From assembly GCA_052327205.1 (NCBI GenBank), contig CM126220.1:10974001-11038000 (forward strand): a stretch of DNA of 64,000 nucleotides, in the 5' to 3' direction. The notes beneath the pieces are model-generated. The model had not been told where the DNA came from, ran no database searches, and was given only the letters and a program-made list of their open reading frames with translations. Below are positions 1 through 12,915 of the stretch, one piece after another (within the stretch, counting starts at the first letter, position 1; each line of letters starts with the position of its first letter). The position numbers and the translations under genes were made by a program. The DNA is from Somniosus microcephalus. Its lineage: Eukaryota.

Positions 1-1008
1 CAAACAGAGGAGTTATAAAACGACCCCTCTGGGCTGGATGTGAAGGCACTTCTCCGAAGTAAAAGGCCACTGCATCTTTTCCTTGGTCTACCTTTAAATA
101 TCCTGGTAGTCCGCTGGGCCTCCCTGTTTGGAATTGCAGTTCTGCAGAGGCTTTCAAAACAATAACTGAGCCTTCCTTCTTCAGTTCATGCAGCTTTTCA
201 GTTGTGGAAATTCATGAGCGCCTTTATACTTGAGTGACTACTGCAGTTCTGAGCAGTGACAGGACATAACAGGGAAAACCACCCATGGCACCAGTTTCTT
301 CACTCGCTCATTATTTTTCCCAAAGAGAACAATGAATATCCAATATCTGAGGCCAATTTATCAATTTTCCAAGAAAGAAAAGTTTAAATAAGGCTGGAAG
401 AAAAAATATGTTGGCTGATGTTGCTTTCCAGGTATAACACATACTGAAATAATTGTGAATAGGAAAATTATGTAGCAATACATTGAAGGTAGATCACGGT
501 TATATGAGTCCAGATGGTTTGTAGTTATGACAGTTAGTACCCAGAACCTCTTCACAGCAGCTCGGAATAGGAAGTCAACACGTGGATGGGCATAAATCCA
601 CATTTCACCAATCTGCTAACTGGGCTTCAGTGCAGCACCAACACACTACCCAGAAAGTGCCATTGTTAACATGGCGATGCAGTAACACTTCGACATGAAG
701 TTGATGATTGACAGGTTGTTTATTGTCAAGTCTTCTATTTGAGCTCTACTCACCCATAATCATTAAACACAAGTGGTATAGTCGCTACTGAAAGATACCA
801 ATAGAAAACATGAAGCTTTAAAATAAAATAACATTTTCTCTGTTGCATTTGGTCCTTTTAATATGACATATGCAAATCAAGCAGAAGTAGGAATGTGCAA
901 TGAAGTGCTGTGTATGATATTCTCAAAGCACAAACAATGAGACCTTTTGATAATTAAAGCCACAAATCTGCCCTGCATACCAAACTGTCCCTAATTCAGC
1001 TAATTGGA

Positions 1009-1143
1009 AAGAACATAAGAATTAGGAGCAGGAGCAGGAGTAGGCCATACTGCCCCTCGAGCCTGCTCCGCCATTAAATAAGATCAGGGCTGATCTTCGA
1101 CCTCAACTCCACTTTCCCGCCCAATCCCCATATCCCTTGATTC
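1009..1143 (-). mobile_element. CR1 (HER1-type) LINE 3' tail fragment
   Basis: Reverse complement matches the 3' ends of the CR1 copies at 7150-7285, 26660-26790 and 39070-39200 (…GGAGCAGGCTCGAGGGGC…TGGCCTACTCCTGCTCC…TTCTTATGTTCT). Confidence 0.85.
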
Positions 1144-1474
1144 TCCTACCTTACCTGGGAGTGCTTTTGCTGACACTGGGTATTGAAATAGAAAGTACTC
1201 CCATTCCCCAGCACTAAGATCCCTCTCCTTAATGAGCACAAAAAAGTGAAATGAAACACTGACCAGCAAAAAAAAATCTTACCAGAAGGTTTTTACAAAT
1301 GTGTCACAACGCTATAGATCTGTATTAATTTGCACATTAATGTGTAGATATTGAAGCAGCTATCGCTCAAAGGTTCAGCATTTTCAGGAAGCAAATCCTT
1401 TTGACAGACACTACTGAATGAATGAATGGCCTACAGCATAACTGTAAAGATGGTGGCAGATAGGTTCCCTTCTT

Positions 1475-1785
1475 GGCCTGGTAGTTCTGAGCCATACAGG
1501 CTGGGAAGGTCCATGTAGAGTTAGCTAATCTCAAATGGGGCACAGTTGGCATCTGGATGCCCAAGTAGGGAAGGGAAATAGCTAACTGATCTCAGTACAT
1601 TGACTCCAGTTGGGAAATGCACATTGTGGACATGGAGTGAGGCTTGGCTGCCATACACTGCATGGCTGATTAGTCTATCAACACTCACTATCAGGACTCA
1701 CAGATGAAGAATGACCTCATGGATCAAGCACGCCTGCGGAACTGTACTTCAGCAAGAGTTTAGTGACAGCAGAAGGGGTAGATAA
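1475..1785 (+). mobile_element. Old SINE-like repeat with GAGTTAGCT(G/A)ATCTC core (unclassified family)
   Basis: Shares motifs (CTGAGCCATACAG, GAGTTAGCTAATCTC, TAGGGAAGGGAAA, GAAGAATG(A/G)CC) with degraded copies near 22.6-22.9k(-), 30.26-30.86k, 32.7-33.0k(-), 45.1-45.4k and 49.96-50.32k. Confidence 0.55.
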
Positions 1786-4162
1786 AACTTGTGAACAGAG
1801 GCAAGAATAGCAGAAAACTGAGTAATTCAGTCTTGATTTTACAATAAGCTTTAATTTCATCAGCAGGAAACTTGAAGAAAGGTTCAACTGTAAGGTCTGT
1901 TTTTAATTGTGTTTAGAATAAAATTGTGGCAAATTTGTCCATTGCTAGCTTTCATGTTACTGAACATGCTGTGATACGAACAATGAGGAATGCAGTTGTA
2001 GCAGTGTTTTATCAGTTCATTTTATGTGTATTCTTTAGTCTAACCAGCAGAATCTGTTCCTAGCTACCTCCAAACACATGTTCATAGGCTGAAAAATTAC
2101 ATAACTCTGCACATCAAACTAGTGTGGTCTAGAATCTGGGTTTTGTACGAATATTTTCAAATTAGCATGGAATCGTAGCTGAGTTCCTTGGCAGCAGACT
2201 TAATTTGTGGTTGACTGTTCTTGACAGATTATTGGGAAACTAAGCCCAGGTCCCATCTCAAATAATAAACAGCTTACCCGCTGACACATTGACAGCCTTA
2301 ATGGTTTTATACAAAAATGGACAGACTTAATGTTTCTACACAAGTGATCATCTGTCCTGATATCCTTAATGAAATTAGATTAAGTGCACCTGGGAAAATG
2401 CTGAGAAGGCACAAGACCTTCCGTCTCCTTTAATTTAAAACCAATTTGCAGAAATATTCTCTGAAGCGGGATGCTGAATGAGAGCAAATCCATTTGGACT
2501 AGTGCTGATAATTTTAATTCTGTCCCTCAGCAACGTAGAAATAACAACAGAGGACTGTGTTTGAGAATTTAATATGTCGACATCACTTTTAATGTTATTG
2601 TGTCTAAGGGCACATTTTGCTTGAATCAAAGGAAGAAATTTTGGTTCCCCTACAGTTTGCTGATGTGTTTCATTGCCAAAATAATATAACTTATCCTATT
2701 AGTGAATGACTCAAGCTGTGAGTGTCTGCAATACTGAAATGACATAAATGTGTTTATGGGACTAATAAAGTTATAAGTAATGAAGTTCCATTACAAGTGA
2801 TAGTTGCAATGTAATTGAGCATTTAAGACAGCATTACGTCATATAATGAGATGAGCAAGCATGTGTATGCAACATAGGATTCCTAATAGCATCGTGATTA
2901 TAAAGCCCGTGTGTGGAAGAGGGACATCCTGCATGAAGTGGTCACTGTGTGGGCTAACTGAAATTGGCTGCTGAATCTCACTGTGGACTAGAGTGCGAGC
3001 AATAATAACCTTTTCATAAATAATGCAGTACATTAAACGCCTTCTTGGTCATCTGCTTGGCGCATGTTAATAGTGTATTTTATTGACAGGATATTGCATG
3101 GTGTTAATTATAATGGTATAAATGCACTCTTAAAAGATAATGGTTTTGAAGAAGTCTATCCCCCTCTTTGCTCTTCCTTCCCCCCCCAAAAAACTGTTTT
3201 TTAAATCTGATTATTTAACTCTGAAGTGACTAAGTGCAAGTATGGTTAAAGCGCCAATTATATATTAACCCTCCCCAACTTTAACATGTGAAATGCTGTC
3301 ACAAAAAAAATAGAAGCACCCCTTTAGAGATTGCCAGGAAGAAGGCGGCCACCAATGGAACCTTCAATCTATTATTATTATAACACCTAACACCTGCCTT
3401 GGTTGTGCCCCCAATCCCCAGACTGCACTTGAAATGATTTGCAAGTAACTGCAGAAATGGCCCTAGACTGCCACATTGCGACTGTATAACTAGTTGGGCA
3501 GAGCGGTACACAAGTTGGATTCGAGGAGGAACCCTGGTCAGTTTTCTTTTTCCCCCATCCTATCTCTTGAGATTGGCAACTTTCTCTCTGGACTTGCATA
3601 TGTTTGTCCATGTGCGCGTGCGTGCATGCACATCTGTGTCGGTACACATCCCCCAAGTCTGACTTACAGCTAAGTCTCTTCGCCAGCGGCACAAATCAAC
3701 AATACTTTGTAACACAGTTGTTCAAAAAATTCCAACTTAATGTAATAGATCATTTTGTATTTGTAATACAATTGAGAAATGCTTGAGTATCAATCAGACA
3801 TTCTTGAAGCTGGTGTGAATGGATGGTTCTTTTTTCATATATCATAGCATAGACATGGGACTGAGTCCTCCCCTTTAACTGGGTGAGCAGCGTGGGTTTG
3901 CTGGTTATCTTGTATGTCACAGGACCCAAAAATGGGAAATTCAGACTGATGTAAGCAAGGTTAACCTCAGGTCTTGGTTCATGCCACTGTCAGTATAACT
4001 TATCATTGGAATTATGATTGAATCAGTTCCCCTACTTCCCATTACTGCTGCTGAATCTACTTATTGCGCCACCATATCCTTTCCTCTTTGTGTGTATTGC
4101 AACATCCTGTTTTGCATACTTGTCAACTGTCAGAACCATTCATATGAATTAAAAAAAAAAAA

Positions 4163-4545
4163 AAAATTAAAACCTTTTTCAAATCCCTCCATGGCCTCGT
4201 CCCTCCCTATCTCGGTAATCTCCTATACTTTGTACAGTAATCCCTACAATCCTCATAAATCTCTGCGCTCCTCCACTTCTGGCCTCTCGCGCATCCCTGA
4301 TTGTAATCGCTCCACCAGTGGCGGCCATGCCTTCAGCTGCCAGGCCCTAAGCTCTGGAATTCCCCACCTCTCCGCCTCTCCAGTTCTCTCTCCTCCTTTA
4401 AGACGCTCCTTAAAACCTACCTCTTTGACCTCTGCCATAATATCTCCTTATGTGGCTCGGTGCCAAATGTTGTTGTATAACGCTCCTGTGAAGCACCTTG
4501 GGATGTTTTGCTATGTTATAGGCGCTATATAAATGCCAGTTGTTC
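4163..4545 (+). mobile_element. L2-clade LINE 3' fragment
   Basis: Typical L2 ORF2 C-terminal sequence (FKSLHGL.P.YL…LRS…GG.AFS…P.LWNS-like) ending in the GGCGCTATATAAATGC(A/C)AGTTGTT tail shared with the SacSINE1-type SINEs. Confidence 0.8.
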
Positions 4546-5423
4546 TGTTGAGGGCAGCTTTGAATGTTAAACTAGGATTCAAACACTGGTCCATCTGGCC
4601 CGGAGGCCAGCGCCCATATCTGCCAAGGTTAAAGATTGCTGAAGTTATTTTTGTTGCTAAATAAAGTCCCCATATTTATGATAAATCCAAAGTTTCTGCC
4701 CTTTAGATAAGACTGTTCTGAAACATTCTTAAGTGTATTTTTAGATGCTTAAAGCTATCCTTATGCCATGAATTTCACTGTTTCAGTCTTTGTTGTGCTA
4801 TGGGAATTCTTGCCTCTTAAACTCTGCAGTCAGTCACCAAGATTGACGAGAAATATTCTATTTTGCGGCAACCATACCTTTTGAAAATTCTTGCTCTTAA
4901 AATTTTGAGATTATCAAGAATAAATATTGCACGATAATCCTTTCATCTCTGCAGGGGGTGTATGTTTCAAAAGTGAAAGTTATTTATGAATATTCAGGAC
5001 AGCAACCTTTCCAATTTTTGCAGTGTTTCCACAGTGCAAATTGAACATGTGTCTGCAGAGAGAGCTTTGATGACATTAAGCACTATAAGTACATTGATTT
5101 TATTGTAGGCTTACTCGACTGCATTACAGATACTGAAGGTGTGACTGTTAAAACATTCATTCAGTACGTTTGCATGCAAGAGAATTGTCGGTATCAAGCC
5201 TTCTACTTACTGTAGATTTTAAGGTCAGATCTGCATTGGATTATTGACTTTATACAGTGATGATATTGTTTGCAGTTTCCCATTCCATTGACGTCATTTT
5301 CAGTTTCAAACTTGAAGGTGCAGGGTGGCAGGTAACCGTCCTCTACAAAGTCTTCTGAGTTATAGTTAGGGGATCCAACATTTTTCAAGTACGCAATATT
5401 TGAGAGCCCTATGCCAGTAATTC

Positions 5424-5862
5424 AAAAAGAATGACTTGCATTTATATAGCGCCTTTCACCACCACTGGACATCCCAAAGTGCTTTACAGCAATGAAGTAC
5501 TTTTGAAGTGTAGTCACTGTTGTAATGTTTGCGCACAGTAAGCTCCAACAGCAGTGTGATAATGACCAGATAATCTGTTTTAGTGATGTTGATTGAGGGA
5601 TAAATATTGGCCAGGACACTGGGGATAACTCCCCTGCACCACTTCAAAATAGTGCCATGGAATCTTTTACATCGACCTGAGGGAACAGACGGGGCCTCGG
5701 TTTAACGTCTCATACAAAAGACTGCACCTCCGACAGTGCCGCGCTCCCTCAACACTGCACTGGCAACCTAGATTTTTGTGCTCAAATCTTTAGAGTGGGA
5801 CTTGAACCCACAACCTTCTGACTCAGAATCGAGAGTGCTACCCACTGAGCCACAGCTGACAC
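5424..5862 (-). mobile_element. SacSINE1-type DeuSINE (tRNA head, Deu core, L2-derived tail)
   Basis: Full-length reverse-complement homologue of 17102-17546 and 30333-30785; tRNA-like A/B boxes at the right end, GGCGCTATATAAATGCAAGT tail at the left end. Confidence 0.85.
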
Positions 5863-5896
5863 TTGACAATTCACAGCCAAATTGTTTGCACATCTT

Positions 5897-5995
5897 AAAT
5901 AAAAACAGAAAATGCTGGAAATACTCAGCAGGTCAGGCAGCCTCTGTGGAGTGTGAAACAGAGTTGACGTTTCAGGCTGATGACCTTTCGTCGTT
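5897..5995. mobile_element. Short Penelope-like-derived element with 15-bp target-site duplication
   Basis: AACAGAAAATGCTGGAAATACTCAGCAGG…GACGTTTCAGG motif, flanked by the exact direct repeat TTGTTTGCACATCTT at 5882-5896 and 5996-6010. Confidence 0.7.
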
Positions 5996-6797
5996 TTGTT
6001 TGCACATCTTGTTTGTTCATGCTTTCCAAGCTCCCTCCTTGAATGTGATCAGACATGTGTTCTAACAGATGATGCACCCTGAAGCTGGGGCTCACTAAAT
6101 AGTACTCTTTTGTGATGACCAAATGGTAGGGCAAGCATGGAATATATTTCAGTTTATGGTGTTTTTAATGGCATTTAAAGACCCAAATACCCATAAGAAT
6201 AAATTGATTGCTCTGTGCCACAGACCAGCGATGGTGGAAGGTTCGAGTTTCGCGCTGATTTGTTGCCAATCTGTAAAGTATTAAATGGGAGGATGCAATA
6301 CACAGGCTGCAAAGTCTGCCAGCAGGAGGAAGGGAAAAGCACACAGGTGACATTCGTGGCAGCCTGCCCACCTGACTACTGGTGCCAGTCTAGGTAGGTG
6401 AAGAAAGGGAATAAAAGATTTTCTAAAACTTGCTAAACTATGCATCAAAATTATTTTAAAGAAGAATCTTTTCTCCATAACTCGAAGATATCTATAAATG
6501 TAAGAAAGAAAAGGTAAAATTGAGAGAGTATAATTGTCCATGTAGAAGTCGACCATTTAATGAATTTTTTTCAGGAAGCATCATCGGTTGGTAAGCACAA
6601 AATTATTAGCATGAGTTGAGAATAGCCCAGGTCTATCTTAGACATTCGCAGAACTGATTTTAAAGCAGTAATCGTAGAAGTTTACGGCACAGAAGGAGGT
6701 CATTCGGTCCATTGTGTCTGTGCCAGAATCTCATGGGGTGATTCGGGAGCATCACAAACTGCAAGAATGATGCTATAGGTGTTGCTGTCCTCACTCA

Positions 6798-7285
6798 AGC
6801 GAAGATTCACCAGACTGATACCTGGGATGGCAGGAATGACGTATGAGGAGAGATTGGGTCGATTGGGCTTGTACTCGCTGGAGTTTAGAAGAATGAGAGG
6901 GGATCTCATTGAAACTTATAAAATTCGAACAGGACTAGACAGACTAGATGCAGGAAGGATGTTCCCGATGGCCGGGGAGTCCAGAACCAGGGGTCACAGT
7001 CTAAGGATAAGGGGTAAGCCATTTAGGACAGAGACGAGGAATTTCTTCACCCAGAGAGTGGTGAACCTGTGGAATTCTCTACCACAGAAGGCAGTAGAGG
7101 CCAATTCATTAAATATATTCAAGAAGGAGTTAGATATATTTCTTAAGGTTAAAGGGATCAAGGGATATGGGGAGAAGGCAGGGACAGGGTACTGAATTTG
7201 GATGATCAGCCATGATCTCATTGAATGGCGGAGCAGGCTCGAGGGGCCGAATGGCCAACTCCTGCTTCTATCTTCTATTTTTCGA
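6798..7285 (+). mobile_element. CR1 LINE 5'-truncated copy (ORF2 C-terminus + 3' UTR)
   Basis: ORF 6779-7195 RRFTRLIPGM…LYSLEFRRMRGDLIETYKI…FFTQRVVNLWNSLP; nearly identical to 26303-26790. Confidence 0.95.
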
Positions 7286-8439
7286 TGTAATCAGCTTTAT
7301 CGTATACTTTAGGCTTGGGAACTTTGTGTGTCATTGTTGCAAGTTTTTTGTGCTGGGTGTCATGCAGACCTTGAAAGACATGAGGTTTCTTGTAAGCTGA
7401 CATTGAATAATATCTTACTGGAAAATTTGTGATTGTGGCTTGTTATGCTCATTTGTTGAAAATGCTACTAAATGTTATGCCAAAATAGTGTTTTTCTGGT
7501 CAGTTGGTTAACTCTGATTTTAAACTTTAATAACAAATTGTGCACATTCAACATGTCTCCCTGCCCCCACATCATTACACTTAAACATTTAACATTTTAA
7601 ATAATACACACACTATCCGGTTGGACCCCGCCATAGTCAGATGGTTATTGAAGGTCATTGTCCAGGAGCTCACCTCAACGCTGCCCACGTGGGTGAGGCA
7701 CTGGCAGACACCTGACACCTTTCGGAACTGCACCTTAATAAGGAGTCAGCACCTTGAGAGGAGAAAAGTTGACACAAAAAATAGAATAAAAAGTTGGGTG
7801 TCAGTTGTAACCGTAACTATTTCTATTGGACACATCTCTCACAAATGTCTTATTAAATGGATTCAAATTAGTTTAATTACATCCAACAGCAGCAAGAGAA
7901 TATTAGAAGACAGTAAATATCCTGCATTTTCCAGGGCAGTATCGAAAATACAGTGTATTTTTACATTAAACAAAAGTTTGAGTCAGGGTGCCAGTATAGT
8001 TAATCAGAATTAATGATAAGCTAAGTTTCTAATAATATATCTTCTTTAAAATTGCTGCATAATTTGAATAATTGAGTGCAGAGTTTTAACTTTTTTCTAA
8101 AGAAAAATGTAAAATGCTTCCATTTAATAGAGCAAGAGTACAGGAAAAGATGAATAGGCTATACTGTTCAGAAAATGTAATTCCTCATATGAGAAACAGG
8201 CTGACAAATCATTCCATTACACTACATTTTAATGATCACTTATTTTAATTAGTTTGGTAGTCATAGCAAATTGGAGTCACTATGTTGATAATTTGTCCTG
8301 ATGTATAAAAGTCAAAATAAAGGTTCCAGATGAAGGTACTATATCTTATTGTTTTATCAAATACTGCAACATTTCTTAACTTCTCTATAGAGTTCCTCAT
8401 GCAGGAAAACTTCTTGTTTACATGAAAGGGCAAAATAAA

Positions 8440-9239
8440 CAGTCGACGCTGAGCAGGAGGGGAAAGGAAAAATGCACAGGGTTACGGTGGAGGACCAACG
8501 GCACAATCAAAGGGAAGGGTTTTGGTGGTAGGAATGGGGATGGCAAGGCAGAGAGGTAACTAGGCAGGGAATTCTAGAGAACAGGACAATAGTGGGTCAA
8601 CAAGCAGCTTGCATGTATGTTGATGATACCTAGCTCTATCTCTCTGCTTCCTGTATTAATCTAAAGCCTGTGGCTACACTCTGCATCGTGGAATGGGAGA
8701 TGAGAAGTGAGGGAGGAATGGAGAATGTAAGGACGCGAGATTGGGGGAGATCACCAAATTACGATGGGGCAAGTCCGTGGACAGATTTGAAGGTGAAGAC
8801 GAGAATTTTGAATGAGCTTGGGGAGGACGGAAGTGATGGGTGTGTAGGATTTTGAGTGATTTGGATGTGTTCAAGTTGTGCAAGGAGCCCATCGAGGCAA
8901 CTGATGGAAAAATTGAGCCTCAAGGTGAGGGCGAGGTAGGGCTGGAGGCAGGGAATGTTGCGGAGGTGGAAGAAAGTCATCTCGATAGCAAGGCAGATAT
9001 GGTGGAGGAAGCTAATCTCTAGATCAAGCAGGATGCTAAGGTAATACGCCTCGCATTTAGCCCTTCGTAGCAGCTAGAGAGGTTGATGGAATCATGGCCA
9101 GAGACATGTAGAGCCAAAGTTGAAATATTGGCTCCTCCAGGTCTTGATGTCAAATAGGCAACTGCAGAGTGTAGCCACAGGCTTTAGATTAATACAGGAA
9201 GCAGAGAGATAGAGCTAGGTATCATCAGCATACATGCAA
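8440..9239 (-). mobile_element. Degraded L2-clade LINE fragment
   Basis: Minus-strand remnants (FFHLRNI…, FKILVFTFKSVHGLAPS) and a YADD-like RT motif at the right end (reverse complement of about 9200-9239). Confidence 0.7.
8609..9239. repeat. 77-bp near-perfect inverted repeat (8609-8685 / 9163-9239)
   Basis: The arms are reverse complements with one mismatch by eye; spacer about 477 bp. Confidence 0.9.
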
Positions 9240-10878
9240 ACATACCTTATTCCAACAGCATTGTAACAAATTATAGATTTTCACGTAGATATTAAAAGAA
9301 AAATTGAATAATGGAAATCTGAAGTAAAAACAGAAAATGATGGAACTATGCGAAGATAAGTTAATATTTTGAGTTGAGACCTTTTGTCAAAATTCAACAG
9401 GTATCCAGTGCTGTTTTGGCATCAGATTACAGGTGCGAGATAGATCTCTATCAGTCTTAGCTTAAAGTATTGAGAAAGCCAGTAAATTAATTTAATGTAT
9501 TTAATTAGCCACTTTTTTGCGTTCACTAACTATAATTATATTCAATCCTGGAAGTCTTGCAGTAGTTTGTAAGAGAGTAAAGATTAAAAAGCTAAATTGG
9601 TTCTAGGCTTTATTGCCAAAGGCAGAGAGACTGGTTTTATCACCGTGGTTAGCTCGTACATTGTGACTTAGTCAAGGTTCTTCCATTGAAATAAACTTGA
9701 ACTGAAGCTTTTCAATTTTTGATTACCCTGAAATTGTCAAAATACTTCACTTCCTTCAGTCTTTGATTTTAAATTGAGGTCAACTATCTGAACACAGCCA
9801 ATCCGTTACATTGCCTTTCTCATTTGCTAACTGTATTAAAATTATCCGAATAATATGTGAATATGCTGTTTGTGGCCAATTTAAAATCCTAATGTCAGTA
9901 TTGATCTCAGTATTTCATTTACTGGTATACTGCAGTATTTCACACCTGTTTTGAATGAATAACTCATACTAATATTTTGCCGAATGTCTTGTGGAAATTA
10001 GTTATCATTGTGAAACAAATTACTAATTGTTCTATTAAAATATATGACTAGTTAGGATTAGTAGTAGAGGTGTAGGCTGACATTTTATTACAAATAGGAA
10101 CTGACTTAAGCTTGGAAAGTCCATAAAGCATTGTTATTAGACTGCATCCATTGTAAAATGAACAAGAAAGTCTTGTGTAGTAACTAATGTGCTCTGCCAT
10201 TCAAATAGAGAATAAATGATGACTGGGAGAGTGTTACAAGGCAGTAATATACTCAAGGGATTCGGCATATACCCTTAGAGCAATTTCCAAGTAGTGTCCA
10301 AACTCATAGTGCGTTAGAGCCTTGAACATATTCCAAAGCAGTGTTTTTTTAAATAAGTTCCATACTTCTTATCGATTTGGAGCTGTCCCTTTGGAGTTGT
10401 ATCTTCCACTATTGCTGCCATTATGAGCATGGGATTTTTCTGCTGCCATTGTATAACATGATGTGAAGGGAGCATTTTAAAGCATAATGATGCCAAACTG
10501 GAGTTACAGTGAGTTGGGTGAGATTTTCTGCCCTTCACTGCTGAAGGCACTAAATAACACTTTTGTACAGGTCCCTGGACTCCAGCAGCCTTCTGGTATA
10601 TCACTTCACTCAAGTGACCATTCTTTAAGGCAAGTGTGAACAATTGCAGAGTGCTTCACAGCTGAGTCCAATCCAGTTCACACAAGCACAAAGGCATTTC
10701 TGGGCTACTGCCACCCTAGCGGAGATCCATTAACCAAGCATGCACTGAGGATCCAACTGCTACCTTTCTGGTCTGTTTGGGTCACTACCACACTCAGGTA
10801 GAATTACAAACTGAGTGTTAAGTAGAGAAATAATCTGTACTATGGAGGCATAGTACTCCTGTGTGTGTCTTCTGTATT

Positions 10879-11372
10879 CGTGAAGGCTTTGGAGAGGGTA
10901 CAGAAGAGATTTACTAGAATGGTTCCAGGGATGAGGGAATACAGTTACGTGGCTAGCCTAGAGAAGCTGGGGTTGTTCTCCTTGGAGCAGAGAAGACCAA
11001 GAGGAAATTTGATAGAGGTGTTTAAAATCATGAAGGATTTAGATAGAGAAACTGTTTCCAATGGCTGAAGGGTCGATAACGAGAGGGCACAGATTTAAGG
11101 TGATTGGCAAAAGAACCAGAGGCGACATGAGGAAAGACCCTTTAACGCAAGGAATGATTAGGATTTTGAATGCACTACCTGAGAGGGTGGTGGACACAGA
11201 TTCAATAACAGCCTTCAAAAGGGAATTGGATAAATACTTGGAGAACAAATTGCAGGGATATGGGGAAAGAGTGGGAGGAGTGGGACTAACTGGATTGCTC
11301 TTCGAAAGAGCCGGCGCAGACTCGATGGGCCGAATGGCCTCCTTCTGTGCTGTACTATTCCATATCTTAATG
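10879..11372 (+). mobile_element. CR1 LINE 3' fragment
   Basis: ALERVQKRFTRMVPGM…LGLFSLEQRR; GHRFKVIGKR…; CR1 3' UTR ending GGCCGAATGGCCTCCTTCTGTGCTGT. Confidence 0.9.
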
Positions 11373-12554
11373 TAACCAGCTTATCCAGGAAGCTATGTGA
11401 ACAAAAGCTTTTGAACTAGGTGGCTTGTAAGTGCAGGCCTGATAAGCCCAATGGCTGCTTCTGTCCTGTGACATTCTGTGATTGCTAGGTTTCCTTGATA
11501 CAAGTTTCTGTTTTCGCTGTTTCAATTGATTTAGTTTTTCAGGATATACCTAGAGCAGTCCAAATATCCGTTTACGTACACTGCTTCTGGTGCAAGCTGC
11601 TATCTGTATGTTGAAAAATACTTGTTGAAAATGTTCTCCTCTTAAGCCATGACACATGCGTTTGATGATGGCCCCCTGATACCTTGGCCCAAAAATACAC
11701 ATTCTTCATGAGTGGGTTGGAATGGTGAGTGTGATGGGTTGTGTGGCTGTGGGGACGGGGGGTGGGAAGTATCCAGCAGGAGTGGTACTTCTGGCTGACG
11801 ATGCTCCCCCGCCCCCTGCCAGCAGCACCCCATAAATTAACTCAGCAAAGATCAGGATTAAATTTGGCTTCTCGTGGCTCAATAGCACACTATGTACTCT
11901 TTGATCCAATGGGGGAAGCTGTTCTACACTATTTGATCAAATGTGATCTGGGTGTTTTGAAAGGCAGACACTGCTTGGTGAAATTAGTTTTTTAATCTTC
12001 AATTTAATTTTTTTTTAAATTTCCACTGAAGGACAAAAGAGAGACATTCATTCAGAAATACTTACTGTAATCCTACAATAATATTGAATGGCCTACTATA
12101 AATGTTTGTATATTTATTGAAAGGATAGAAGTAGAGTTTAGATCAGCTCGATCTAAATTAACGTACACAAACCAAAATAATGTGTGCCTTCATAGACTGC
12201 ATTGTTGGCAGGCAGTGCTTAAACTTACTTATTAATTCTAAATCAACAAAAATAATTAGCTTGCAGCAAGGGACAGGATTTGGTGCCTCTAATAGCTTTT
12301 TAACAATGTCAGCAAAGGTGGTGAAGCATGGTGTGCCCATGCACTGGAATAGTCTGTTCTGTCTCTATGAAGCACCTCAGATGTTTACATTAACATGCTG
12401 TTTGTTGTTGTAACAACATAGGTTTCAGTCCACCATTGCTCATGTGGTGAGTTCCTGCTCTTGGCTGTGCTGCCATAAAGGCAAGCAATTGGTTGCAGGA
12501 CACTTGCCCCACAATGAAGGAAAATTGAAGCATGTGTCACACGCCACTGACCAG

Positions 12555-12915
12555 ACAACAACAACTTACATTTCTATAGTGCCTTTAATGTAGATAAATG
12601 TCCCAAGGTGCTTCACAGAGGCATGGTAAAGAATGGGCGTCAAGTGTAAAAGCGAGAGATTATGACGGATGGCCAACAACTTGTGCAAAACAGGTGGATT
12701 TTAAGAACGGTCTTGAAGGAGGTGGAGAGGCAGAGGATTTGGGAGGGAATTTAAAAGAATCGGATTTAAGGTGGGGCAACTGGGGTGGGGGAATAAACAA
12801 GAGGATGGAGTCAGAGAAATGAAGTGTTCGGGAGGAGTTGTACGGCAGGAGGAAGTTAAAGAGAGAGAGAAGAACAAGGGATTTAAAGACGAGAACAAAA
12901 TGTTTGAACACTGCT
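12555..12915 (-). mobile_element. L2-clade LINE 3' fragment
   Basis: ACAACAACAACTTACATTTCTATAGTGCC is the reverse complement of the L2 tail; minus-strand LVFKSL…YNSSRTL remnant. Confidence 0.65.
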
